NCBI GenBank assembly: GCA_964016885.1
Contig: CAXHJY010000177.1
Location: 1 to 64,000 of the forward strand
From: Eledone cirrhosa
Taxonomy: Eukaryota
Reading direction: 5' to 3'
DNA length: 64,000 bases
A program made the translations under genes and the position numbers. Numbering within the stretch: the stretch's first letter is position 1; each line of letters starts with the position of its first letter. The notes beneath the pieces are model-generated. The model was given only the letters and a program-made list of their open reading frames with translations. It was not told the DNA's origin and did not search any database. Positions 28,845-41,728 of this stretch are shown here, in pieces.

Positions 28845-30110
28845 TTTATATATATATATACATACTTTCATATACATTATTATATATACACATTATTATA
28901 TAAATATTATTATACACACTTTTATATAAATATTATTATACACATTTTCATATACACATTATTATACGCATTTTCATATACACATTGTTATACATACTTT
29001 CTTATACACATTATTATACACACATTCATATACATATTATTATACACACATTCATATACATATTATTATACACACATTCATATATGCATTTTTATACACC
29101 CTTTCATATACGTATTATTATACACATTTTCATATACGCATTATTACACAACTTTTCATATACGCATTATTATATACATTTTCAGATACTCATTTCTATA
29201 CACACATTCATATAAATATTATTATACACACTTTTATATATACATTTCTATACACATTTTTATATAAACAATATTATACACATTTTTATATAAACATTTC
29301 TATACACACTTTTATATAAACATTATTATACACACTTTTATATAAACATTTCTATACACACTTTTATATAAACAATATTATACACACTTTTATATAAACA
29401 TTTCTATACACACTTTTATATAAACATTTCTATACACACTTTTATATAAACATTTCTATACACACTTTTATATAAACATTTCTATACACACATTCATATA
29501 AACATTATTATACACACTTTTATATAAACATTTTTATACACACTTTTATATAAACAATATTATACACATATTCATATAAACATTTCTATACACACATTCA
29601 TCATCATCATCATCATCATCATCATACGTCCACTTTTCCCTGCTTGCAAGGGTGGGACGGGAACTGATTTCTACAGCTGGATGCCCTTCCTAACACCAAC
29701 CTCATTTACAGTGAGTGCTGGGTGCTTTTTTTCCGTGGCACCTCCACGACCACTTTACAGTGGAATGATAGGGACCCCAGTCCCTATCATCTCATTTCTA
29801 CAGCTGAGTAAACTGGAGCAATGTGAAATAAAGTGTCTTGCTCAAGGAAACAACACATCACCCGGTCTGAGAATTGAACTCACAGCCTTTCGATTGCAAG
29901 GCCAATGCTCTAACCACTAAGCCATGTGCCTCCATAAAAACATTATTATACACACTTTTATATAAACATTTCTATACACATTTTTAAATAAACAATATTA
30001 TACACACTTTCATATAAACATTGCTAAATACACTTTCATATATACATTATACATACTTTCATAAAAATAGTATTATACACACTTTCATAGCAATATTATT
30101 ACACACTCAT
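28845..30110. repeat. AT-rich ~26-bp minisatellite (TATACACACTTTTATATAAACATTTC) interrupted by a SINE
   Basis: Tandem degenerate units on both sides of the SINE at 29598-29935. Confidence 0.85.
29598..29935 (-). mobile_element. tRNA-derived CORE-like SINE with RTE 3' tail
   Basis: - strand: A box TGGCTTAGTGG, B box GAGTTCAATTC, CTTGAGCAAGACAC...CTCAGCTG central domain, then sequence matching the RTE-A 3' UTR (3150-3215) and (TGA)n tail. Confidence 0.88.
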
Positions 30111-32524
30111 TCATACGCATTTGTTTATATATAATTATATACGCATACATCTTATTAGCCACATTCAATTATTCACACAGACACAAATGTAATGATACTA
30201 TCTTAACCAAAGGTAGGGTCCCAATCAACAACAGATGTTAATTAGAAACACATTAGTCCCTGTTTACATTTAAATAGTCAGTATTTAAAAGTTTTAGTCC
30301 ACCCTTGTGGCTTTCAAAGTACTTAAGCTTTAATCTCCTTAAACCTTGCCATCACAACATCACTTCCACCGCCATCCCTACATCACTTCCACCACCATCA
30401 CTACATCACTTCCACCGCCATCCCTACATCACTTCCACCACCATCACTATTTCCACTAATACTGCCACCACTATCTCTACTAAAAACACCACCCACAACA
30501 CTAACATTAATAGTATCTCTGTCATCTGTATTACCTCCAGCATCAACATCACCTTTAAATTTGTGTATTTGTAAATAGGGAAGTGGAGATCAAATACACA
30601 CCACATCCACATTCTACATCCATGCCAGCAATAGTACAACTGGTATGTTTCATTAGAGATGGTACCAAACATTTCAGAACATCAGATACATATACAGCTA
30701 TATCATTATTAGAGGAACCTTTTAAATTCTTTAAATGAATTGTGTTTCTAGAATTGAAACTGGAGAGGAAGATTAAAAAAAGAAAACAAAATGAGAAATA
30801 ATTTGTAGATAATAAGATTTTATTGTAAATTACAGGGTTTTAAATCTCGTTTTGATCTGATTATTACCTCTTCAACATTGGATATTAGATTTTCAATTTC
30901 AAGTGTATTGCTGTGTTTACTAATGTTATTTGGGCCATCTATATGGTCATATCTCATACACACACATGAGCATTGTTGCACACAAACAGTCAAATGCTCA
31001 CAAATAGATATTTATACTTCACGCTTGTCTATTATTCTATTATGTGTTCTAGCTGACAGGCTGAGGTCTTTCTGGGGCACCGCCATATGTATATATGAAA
31101 ATATATTCTGTTCAACAGGTGCACTTATGTATACACTTATATTTTCATAAATTACCTACATATAAATATCTGTAAACATAACAGTGTGTGTATATATATA
31201 TATTGTTTTCTTTATATACATATGCAAGTAATCATACACATATGCAAACACGTCCATTTTCAGGCACTCATATACATACAGAATTCTATATACGGATTTT
31301 TTAATTATTTAGTATATCTGTGAATGTATATATGTGTGTGAATAAATATCAGAATATACGTATATGTATGTAAATGTCTCTGTGACTGTAATTATGTATG
31401 TTGATATGCCATTGTGACTGCGCATGTACAACTAGTTGTGTGGTAAACTGTACACTCTACATACCAAGTCCATATTTAAAAAAAGGTAAAATGACACGTT
31501 GTAGCAAAATCAAAATTGATCAGAGACCATTATTAAGAGTAAAGCAAAAACGTTTTGTGCTTCATACTCTGAAGAAACTCCAAGAATGTTGTACCACATC
31601 ACCCCATTCAATTAAAACTAAACCTACCTTCAACAAAGTCCTGCTAAATATATTTGGCCACAGAACCCTACTGGAACCAAGGTACTACAGGCATCGCAAT
31701 GCAGCACACAGCATTTGCAAGCTTGCAAAAAAGACTCATACAATTGGTATGAAGTGTATTGATCGCTTAGAGCAAACCATACTTGCTCAGAAACTTATAT
31801 CATCAATAGCCACTGTTCAATATAAGGCTCGCAATCGCACTGCTAAAATCTACTGCAGACTTCAGCAGAAAATTCAGAATCAAAAATTAGTTTGTTTCAT
31901 CTACCACTGTCATTCGTTTGAATGGAAAGCAACTCCATCAACAAGGAAAGGCTGTTACCATTTGTGCCCTGATGATTTTTGTTCTCATGGAGATGGATCA
32001 AGGTGTGTATAGGATATTTCTTGTATGTTTTATAACAGGTAACAAATCAAGGTTTTTATATTCAGGAATTATATTTGTAAAAATTTGAAGGATATTTCTT
32101 GAATGTTTTATAACAGGTGGCAAATTGGCAGTTATTAGAATGTAAGATAGAATGCTTTGCAGTATGTATTCTGACTCTCTACGTTCTGAGTTAAAATCCT
32201 GCCAAGGCCAACTTTACCTCTCATCCTTTCAAGGTCGATAAAAGTACCAGAAGCTAGTACTGGAGTTGATTCTTTCTCTATGTCGTCTCTTTCTCACTCC
32301 CTCTCTCATTCTCTGCTTTGTCTAGACATGGAGAGGGATGAACTTCATCAGGTTTAAAGTGGCATCCCTATAACTCCGTTAGGAGTTATAGGTCCAGTTA
32401 TAACCTTATTTTTTCACTCATGAAATCTGTCACTGATTAATCCCACATATCTGTTAGTAGTTTCTGCTCTAGTGTTATTACAGTTGATGCTAATAAATGA
32501 GACACATCTGCCTAAAGTTATTAC

Positions 32525-32712
32525 AGGTGGATTGGCAGTATCGGTAGAGGGTTGGATGCCATGCTTTCCAGCATAGTTACGTCCCTTTACGATCTGAATT
32601 CAAATCCCACCGAGTTTGACTTTGCCTTTCATCCTTACGGGGTCGATAAAATAAAGTACCAGTAATGCACTGGGTAATTGCAGGCCTTGTGCCTAAAGTA
32701 GAAACAGTTATT
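32525..32712 (+). mobile_element. Meta-like tRNA SINE
   Basis: GGTGGATTGGCAGTATCGGTAGAG head, GAATTCAAATCCC B box, GCCTTTCATCCTTACGGGGTCGATAAAAT core. Confidence 0.8.
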
Positions 32713-32800
32713 ACAGTTAGCATTAATACATCATAATATTATAGTTTAATTCTTAACATCTGGTTACTATTTAACAGAAAAATATCTAAAAATGGGTTTG

Positions 32801-33552
32801 TTAATTCAAATGTTTATAGTATCTTTACTAGTGGACAGGTTATTAATTCAAAGTTTATAGTATCTTTACTAGTGGACAGGTTGTCATTAATTCAAATGTT
32901 TATAGATCTTTACTAGTGGACAGATTGTTGTTAATTCAAATGTTTATAGTATCTTTACTAGTGGACAGATTGTCATTAATTCAAATGTTTATAGTATCTT
33001 TACTAGTGGACAGATTGTCATTAATTCAAATGTTTATAGTATCTTTACTAATGGACAGGTTGTCATTAATTCAAATGTTTATAGATCTTTACTAGTGGAC
33101 AGATTGTCATTAATTCAAATGTTTATAGTATCTTTACTAGTGGACAGATTGTCATTAATTCAAATGTTTATAGTATCTTTACTAGTGGACAGATTGTCAT
33201 TAATTCAAATGTTTATAGTATCTTTACTAATGGACAGGTTGTCATTAATTCAAATGTTTATAGATCTTTACTAGTGGACAGATTGTCATTAATTCAAATG
33301 TTTATAGTATCTTTACTAATGGACAGGTTGTCATTAATTCAAATGTTTATAGATCTTTACTAGTGGACAGATTGTCATTAATTCAAATGTTTATAGTATC
33401 TTTACTAGTGGACAGATTGTCATTAATTCAAATGTTTATAGTATCTTTACTAGTGGACAGATTGTCATTAATTCAAATGTTTATAGTATCTTTACTAATG
33501 GACAGATTGTCATTAATTCAAATGTTTATAGTATCTTTACTAATGGACAGAT
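32801..33552. repeat. 45-bp minisatellite (~16-17 units) inside a family-1 MITE
   Basis: Unit TTGTCATTAATTCAAATGTTTATAGTATCTTTACTAGTGGACAGA; flanks match the MITE at 13821-14022. Confidence 0.92.
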
Positions 33553-33744
33553 TATGAAAATTTACAGTATTAGAGAAAAGACTTTAATTTTTAATGTGAT
33601 GTAAACGTCCTATTTTGTACTTTTCAAGAAGACGTTACTAAGGAGGTTTAATATGGTTTGTTAATTCAAATGTCTATAGTATATTTACTAATGGGCATAT
33701 TGTGAAAATTTGTAGTATTAAAATAAAGACTTTAATAATGGTTT

Positions 33745-34085
33745 CATTGGGTCCCCTTCCATATACCTCCACGTCCTAACACCCTTCCCTCCATCCACGT
33801 CCCTCCCCTTTTTGTATCTCTCCCGTCCTAACACTCCATCATCCATGCCCGAACACTTTGCCCCACTCATGTCTCCAGCCCACACTGTAAAGTGGTCGTG
33901 TAGGTGACATGACAAAAAGCACCCAGCACATACTGTAAATGTGGTTGGTGCTAAAAAGGGCATCCAGCCATAGAAACCAAGCCAAAACCAGTTCTGTATG
34001 AGCAAGACATGGTCATCGGACTTGGCATGTCTCACAACGAGGCAACTCGTTTTGATGGAAAAATGGGGATGATGGTTATGATGAC
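33745..34085 (+). mobile_element. RTE 3'-UTR remnant
   Basis: CCAGCCCACACTGTAAAGTGGTCGTG...AAGGGCATCCAGC...GATGATG, homologous to the RTE UTR. Confidence 0.65.
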
Positions 34086-34224
34086 AGGATGTTTAATTTT
34101 TAAATGAAACAACTGGCATCTTTTAGTTGTAATGTATTTATATAGAATTTAATTTCTACCCTGAAACTCTTGGGCTGTAAGGGGTTAGCAACTTATTGTT
34201 TAGAACATGGCAACTACTAACACT

Positions 34225-35080
34225 AATAATGGTTTCTAATTGAGGCTCAAACCCAACGATTTGGGAGGAGAGGGAAAGTTTATATCGACCCTCAGTACTT
34301 AATTGGTACTTTGTTTCATTGAATTCGGGACATAACTAAATGCCACAAGGCATTTTCTCCGAATCTCTAAGAATTCTGTCAACCCACTACATTGGGCCCT
34401 TGTGGCAAATAAAAGAAATCATTATTAGTAGTATAATTAGGGCGGTGGATTGGCAGTATAGAGTTATGGCCTATTGCGGTCTGAGCTCAAATCCTGCCGA
34501 GGTTAACTTTGCCTTTCATCCTTACGGGGTCGATAAAATAAAGTACCAGTCACACACTGGGGTCGATTTAATCGACTTACCCCTCCCCAAAAATTGCTGG
34601 CCTTGTGCCTATATAAGAAACCATTATTAGTAGTATAATTACATTCTGAGCTTTATTACATATAGTTACGTCCCTTTGTGTTCTGGGTTCAAATCCTGCC
34701 GAGGTTAGCTTTGCCTTTCATCCTTACGAGATTGATCAAATAAAGCACCAGCAATGCACTGGGTCGATTAAATCGACCCCAGTGCATTGCCACCACCACA
34801 ACCACAAAAAAAAAATTTGTTGGCCTTGTGCCTAAAGTAGAAACAATTAGGCAAAGTTAACCTCGGCGGGAGTTCAAATCCCGCCAAGGTTAACTTTGCC
34901 TTTCATCCTTACGGGATCGATAAAATAAAGTACCAGTAATGCACTGGGTAATTGCTGGCCTTGTGCCAAAAGTAGAAACAATTATTACTACTACTACATT
35001 CTGAGTTCAAATCCCACCAAGATCAACTTTGCATGTCTTCTTTCTGGTGGTCAATGAAATATAATACCAGACAAGTACTC
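34225..35080. mobile_element. Cluster of Meta-like SINEs in both orientations with local palindromes
   Basis: Copies at ~34225-34390 (-), 34440-34630, 34640-34848, 34870-34985 (+); palindromes at 34751-34790 and 34850-34900. Confidence 0.78.
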
Positions 35081-35569
35081 AAGAGGGTGTCATTTGGGGA
35101 AAAAATATGAAACATTGATATTAATAAATGCTATATCTCTACTCTCTTCAAACTAAAGTTTATATGTCTTATCCATTTGAACATGCATTTTCAAGAAGGT
35201 TACTTATTAGTATCTCAGTATGATTAGTGAAGGCTTGTGGCTTAGTGGTTAAAGAATTGGATTCACAATTTTGAGGTTGCAAGTTCGATTCCTTGAGTGA
35301 GACGCTTTATTTCATGTTGCTCTTTCTGCCTGGAATTGTGAACGGTAGATAGTAACAGTAATAGAAACATTGTTTCCTTGGATCGATCTGATGAGTTCCA
35401 CCCCACTTAATAAGTGAATGGGATCTGGGATCTTGTCAATTTGGATCAAAAACATTAGCCAGTGTTTGGTGTTGACTTTTAGAATGAAATTGAAAGATTT
35501 GGTGATGTTAGTTAGTACATGGTTTGTTTTTACTTGTGGAAGTCATGATGTTTTTTTATATTTTTTTTA

Positions 35570-35609
<40 letters not shown>

Positions 35610-35756
35610 AGGTTTATAAGTAGTATGGTAGATTGTGTGTTGGTGTTGTGAATTGGAGTGGAAAACTTTTTGTAAGCGAATGAGGTCTAGGAACTTGTTC
35701 ATCGATTCCCCCAAAATAAAGTCATGTTCTACATTTTTCTTGTCTTCCATTTGCAG

Positions 35757-35899
35757 CAAAAAGAAAGATATGAAGTCAATATCTACTCCCCGGTTACTGG
35801 AACAATATGTAGCTGCTTATGACTTCAACAAACAGACTAAAGATGAGATTGATATTAACGCTGGAGATACTCTAGAAGTTATTGAGAAATATGAGGATG
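35757..35899 (+). CDS. SH3PXD2: SH3PXD2/Tks-like gene, SH3 #1 N-half
   Basis: ttgcag|...|gtatgg, 143 bp, phase 2/1; KKKDMKSISTPRLLEQYVAAYDFNKQTKDEIDINAGDTLEVIEKYED. Confidence 0.9.
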
Positions 35900-37129
35900 G
35901 TATGGTCACCTACATCTTTACCACTTTCATTCTTTCTCTATACCTCTCTCTATTTCTCTTTTTCTTTTTTTTCCTCTCTCTCTCTCTGTCTCCCTACCCC
36001 CTCTTCTACTCTCTAAATAGAATGTACCTCTCTGCCAGTTTCAACAATGACTCTTCCAGTTGATTGATCAATGGAACAGCCTGCTCATAAAATTAATGTG
36101 TAATTGACTGAGCATACCACAGACTTATGTACCCTCTATGTAATTCTCAGAGAGATTCAAGGTGACACAGTGTGTGACAGACCTGGCCCTTTGAATTACA
36201 GTCCATCCGACAGCTTCCAGTTTCCTTGAAATTTCACAAGAAACTGATGCCAGCCTCAACTTGAACCCTGGTTCATTTTGATGGTTCAACATTATGATTG
36301 TTTTCTCTCTAAGGTTCAGGAATAAATCCAGAGAAGAGAGTGAAGGCATGTGACCTAATGATTAGTGTGCTGGATTCACAATCAGATGGTTGTGGGTTTG
36401 ATTCCTGGACTGGGCAATACGTTATGTTCTTGAACAAGACACTTCATTTCACATTGCTTGTTATAATCCGACTGGGATCCTTATCATTTAAATACCTAAA
36501 AAACCTCCTGTGAGATGCAACATCATTAAAGGTCAGCTAAACCTGCATAAATGTGAGCTATAAACCTTTCATGTCCAGAGATGAGTAAAAGAACTATCAC
36601 GATGAACTTGAAGGCTCAAATAGAACATTTATTCCATCAAATCCATTATTAATTGGCTGTTAGGTTTACTTCAAAAAGTACAGCTTCTTTCTTTTTCCAT
36701 TATAAATTTACAAGCCATCTATCTATACAGTTGTTGTGTAGACTGCCAGAGACCAAAACTGTTATACATTCCTTGATTGGTTTAAATATAATCTATTGTT
36801 TAAATTCCAAACTGATATAATCAACCATAGCCTCATCAATGGACTTTCAAAAATGTTTTTCAATATGTCCATAAACAATCACACATAATGAGTCTATCAT
36901 TCCTAGAATCCTTCTTTGTGAGGTTACCTCCACTCTCCCCAACAACTACAAGTTAAACCCACAATGAAGTACTGTTCCTATATATGGGACAATGCTGTTG
37001 CTATACCCATGCAAGCGTGGAAGATGGATGTTAAACGATGATGATGATGATGATACATACAAACAAGGTAGGATACTCAATTGATTGGCATGAACCAACA
37101 CACTCCAGCCTCCTCTCATATACAGATGT

Positions 37130-37412
37130 ACTTTCTCATCTCTCTACTTTTTCTACCACAACTACAGTGGTTTTTGCTCTTTGGAGCTTGCCAATCTTGT
37201 GCCATCTTCTCTCGGATATTCTTGAGTCACTTGTTTTTCATTATTGTCATCCATGTTGTGTACCTCCCCTCCTCCTCCTCCTCCCATGTAGACCCTACAC
37301 TAGTCATAATTTCCAGTCCTTTCTCCCCAGACTGTCAACCCTCTGGACTTTCCTTCCTTGTACATGTTTTTCCTACAGCTATCAAATTGCAGCTATTTAA
37401 GGAAGACTGTTA
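37130..37412 (+). mobile_element. CR1/L2-type LINE 3' remnant
   Basis: Peptide SFLPRLSTLWTFLP...FPT..KLQLFK resembles the CR1/L2 ORF2 C-terminal SFFPR..LWNSLP motif. Confidence 0.55.
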
Positions 37413-37748
37413 AGGATCTCAGTGGGCCCTGCAAAGGAGATGGGTTCAACTCCTTTTGTCACCCAGCTCACCTTTAAATATCCTTAAGTGTTCAAAACAG
37501 TTTATCTAAACTGGATACACGTACAACAAGGCAATAGTCCAACATCAATCCTAGGCTCTTATTCCTTCTTCATTTATATCATTACAACCTTCTTCCATTT
37601 TTATTTTATTTCTTTAGATTTAATTTATATAAACATGCTGAGGGGAAAATATATTTGTAAAAAATATATTTCTGTCTAATTTCTATTTTTTTTCTGGATC
37701 ATGGAGTTGATCCAGTAAATATAAAGATATTTGTGATATAGCCTAGCT

Positions 37749-37942
37749 GAGGTATGTCAAACATGCGGCCCTTTACAAGCACACCTGCAGCCCACACAAA
37801 GGTTTTTACAGCACAAGCATGTTTTATCTTCGTAATATAAAATAAAAAAATTAGTTGTATTGCGCGCGATTAGTTGTCGTGTGTGGTTCTCAGACAACAC
37901 ATATGTGACCCATATCGGGGGACCCTCAGTTTGACATGCCTG
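37749..37942. mobile_element. hAT (Charlie-like) MITE
   Basis: GAGGTATGTCAAAC...GTTTGACATGCCTG with perfect 8-bp TSD GCCTAGCT (37741-37748, 37943-37950). Confidence 0.85.
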
Positions 37943-39915
37943 GCCTAGCTCATTCCATTGTGTATATAAATATCTTCCTTGACAATATTGTTCTTACCAA
38001 TAGTGGTGATAATAATATTGATATTATAAATACACAAATCTCATTCTCACTCAGTATTTTCAATATCTTTAGAAAGAAAACCTTCAAATTCATCTTCAAA
38101 ATTACTTGCTGTTGATTGTGTTATAGAGATCATTTTCCAAAAGGTTTGTGAGACTGAATTCGCTCAATTTAGCTCAACATAGTAGAATGATATGCTAAAA
38201 CGTTACTAATAGCGGTTCTAAAATGGTTTTTGATTAGTTTATAGAAATTTCGATGACAAAATATATATCATATCCATAAACCTTAATGAAGGCAACCCGC
38301 TTAGGAGAGCAGTGACTCCAAATAAAGTAAGACTGCATGGGGCAGACGTGGGCTCTGTAAGCCATGGAGAAGGTAACCTGTCTAGGACAGCAGTCACTCT
38401 GAATAAAACCTGATACAGAGTAGAGAGAACACTTAACTCCTGCCAGACAACCTCTCTAGTGCTGGCGGCATGATAAAATGCACTCAGTCCATGCTGTAAA
38501 GTGGTTGGTGAGGAAGAACATCTAGCTAGAAAAACATTACCAAAAATTATGGGCAGCACAACATATAATATATGTACTAACTGCATACACATGACTAATA
38601 CTAAATACATAAAATAATAATATAAAGAATGCGACAAGTGGAGAGATACTGTACTGAGAAGGACCTATCCAACCCATGAAAGCATGAAACAACAGACGTT
38701 AAAGAGTGATGATGGAGATGATTTAGCAATCAGTTGTTTGGTCTTTTCTCAAACAAGCCATCTTGTTTTCTGGGTACAACATTTTAGCTGATACAATCAG
38801 GGTCAGGGTTTAGGGACTTAGTTTACCACTGTGTTAATAATAGTTGCTTCTCTTAGTAACAAGAGAAGAGTTGTAGTTTGCTGTTTAGCCCATGTCAACT
38901 CTGGCTGAGTAGACCTATGATATGATCAATGACATTTCAGTCATGACAATCCTGTCTTTCTTTTAGATATAGATATAAAGTATATAATGATTTGATCGCT
39001 TTTTTGGTGTAATTTATATATTAATGTTCAATGTATACTGGAGATGATTGAGTTTAGGGAAGAGATTAATAAGATCAATTTTTGCTATGTGTATCCCATT
39101 TTCTAGAATAGATACACCATGTTCCTGTGTGTGGTAAGAGGTAACTGAAATGGTTAGCTCTAGGAAGGGCATCTGGCTGTAAAGCATTGTTTCTTTAAAA
39201 ATTAGTCAGTAATATACATTACATCTCAATGAATAATATCGCTTAGAATATAATTCAGAGAAGCTTATAAATACAAATAAGGCTCAGAATTGACTAAAGG
39301 GAAGATCACTGTAAAGTACCTTAAAATAAAGGAACCTTATATGTGTATCATTCCAGAGGCAAAATTTGTGTTAAACGACCTAAATACATAGGGCTTAACA
39401 AATTTTTTCCTTTCTTACTGCATTTTCGCAAGCTAAAGTAACAGAATTTGCCATCTCAATTAATTAAGATGATTAATTTCTGCTAGAAACTTGCTTGATC
39501 ATCACAGAAGGATTTTCAGTTCCTGAAACAGTTACAATAGCATAATAGTAATAAACACAATACAGAATAACTCAGAACAAGACTCTCTGTTTTTTCTTCA
39601 TTTGATAAAGATTTTCTTAGCTTGAAATATTAAATATAGAGTAAAAACTATTGTTTTGTTTTGTTATTCTTAGTTCATTTTCCTCTAGTTCTTCTATTAT
39701 GTTTCTTGTTTGCATTGTACTGGCTTTCTCAGTTCATTCTTTATTGCATTTCTCAATGCTTATATAAACTATACTGCTTTGATAATAGTAATAGTTTTAG
39801 CTATTAATAGGTATTGTTATAGTAGTAGTAATAGTAGTAGTAGTGATTGCAGTAGCAGAATTTGCTAATAAGTATTATTGTAGTAAATAGTAAAAATAGT
39901 AGTAGCTACTAATAA

Positions 39916-40165
39916 GTGAAGGCGCGTGGCTTAGCATTTAGAGATTTGGATTCGCAATCGTGAGGTTGTGAGTTTGATTCCTGGTGCGGGCGAGGCGTTA
40001 TGTTCTTGAGCAAGACACTTTATTTCACATTGCTCCTTCTACCAGGAGTTGCGACCAGTAGATAGTATTAGCAATTGGAAAGACCAATGGAATCATTGTT
40101 TCTTTGATCTGATTTGACAAGTTCCACCCCACTTGGTAATCAAGTGGGCTCTGGCATCCTGTCAA
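39916..40165 (+). mobile_element. tRNA/CORE-like SINE (tail type c)
   Basis: GAAGGCGCGTGGCTTAGC...GAGTTTGATTCC...CTTGAGCAAGACAC; related copies at 35228-35420 and 41430-41620. Confidence 0.75.
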
Positions 40166-40356
40166 TCAATTTAATCGACCTATTAACATGTATTATATTA
40201 TATGATAGTGTTAATATGGTTACCTGTGACATATAATATAATACATATTAGTAGCTACTATTTCTACTATTACCACAATAATAGTAGAAATACTAGTAGG
40301 TATTAATATATATATCTATTATATTATATGATAGTGTTAATGTTGTTACTTTGCAG

Positions 40357-40461
40357 GCTGGTGGCTAGTGAACAAAGACTGTGAACAAGGTTACGTTCCT
40401 GGAAATTATTTGAAGAGATGTGACAGTCTAAAGGATTCCAGAACTTTGGCAGAGAACAGTG
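40357..40461 (+). CDS. SH3PXD2: SH3PXD2/Tks-like gene, SH3 #1 C-half
   Basis: ttgcag|...|gtaagg, 105 bp; GWWLVNKDCEQGYVPGNYLKRCDSLKDSRTLAENS. Confidence 0.9.
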
Positions 40462-40794
40462 GTAAGGAGGTGTGAAGATGTGTGGAATGTATCTGTATAT
40501 GTGTGTATGTATATATTCTGATGTATTGTGTGTACTCTGGCAGAGAACAGTAGTAGGGAGGTCTGGAGACGTATGGAATGTATTTGTGTGTGTATATTGG
40601 TGCAAGTATGTGTGCACTGTGGCAGAGAACAGTGGTAAGGGTGTGTGGAGATGTGTGTAATGTATTTGTATGTGCAGTGATGTAAGCATATCTATAGACT
40701 ATATTGCACATTTATGTGTGTGTGTGTGTTGATGTAAGCATGCGTGTATAGACTATATTACACATTGCAGCATGTTATGGTTAATTGTATATCT

Positions 40795-41400
40795 AAAGTT
40801 TGTCTCAAGCCCGGAGGCTCATCAGGTCGGTGCTTATCCCGGTTTCTGTGGCTTCAAGCGACCGAGAGTACAAGACTTCCCCCTAAACAGGACGCCAATT
40901 GATTGCAGGGTTAAACTCCCAGCTATTGGTGGCACTCAATCTTCAGCTGAGTATACTGCAGCAACATGAAATGAAGTGTTTTGCTCAAGAACATAACACA
41001 CAACCAAGTCTAACATTATGATCATAGGAGTGCAGTGTAACATTTTGACAATGTTAAACTCTTTCTATGCAAAATGTTCACTTGAGGTAATTTCCTTCAG
41101 TTGTATTGTGAAGGCACGTGACTTAGTGGTTGGGGTATTCAGCTCACGATCATGAGGTTGGGAGTTCAATTCGTGGCAGTGCATTATGTCCTTGAACAAG
41201 ACACTTTATTTCACATTGTTCCAGTCCACTCAGCTGGCAACAACGAGTTGTAACTTTAGTTTGAAAGGCCAGCCTTATCACATTCTGTGTCAAGCTGAAT
41301 CTCCCTGAGAATTATGTTAAGGGTGTGCATGTCTGTGGAATGTTATTTCATTGATTGTATCAACTGGAACACTCATTCTCATAACTGATGGAGTGCCTTC
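40795..41400. mobile_element. Two CORE-like SINEs (- strand 40795-41010; + strand 41108-41400)
   Basis: Shared CTTGA(G/A)CAA(A/G)ACACTT(C/T)ATTTCA central domain, different 3' tails. Confidence 0.7.
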
Positions 41401-41728
41401 ATTGTCGATAGACTTTAATGATAGTTATTAGCTTAGTGCTTAGAGAGTTGGATTCACAATCGTGAGGTTGCGAGTTCGATTCCTGTACTGGGTGATGCAT
41501 TATGTCCCTGAGCAAGATACGTTACTCCTTCTGCCAGGAGTTGTGATCAGTAGATAGTATCAGCAATTGGAAAGACCAATTGAAACATTATTTCTTTGGT
41601 TTGATCTGACAAGTTCCACCCTACTCGAGTTGACTTTTAGAATGAAGTTGAAAGATTTGTTGATGTTAGTTAGAATAATACATGTGGTTCGTTTTTATTT
41701 GTGGAAGCCATGTTGTTTTGTGTGTCTA

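Noticed and set aside
32801-33552. CRISPR-like appearance of regular repeats (also 25917-26075 and 48150-48725)
   Set aside because: Head-to-tail units with no unique spacers, no cas genes, and a eukaryotic context.
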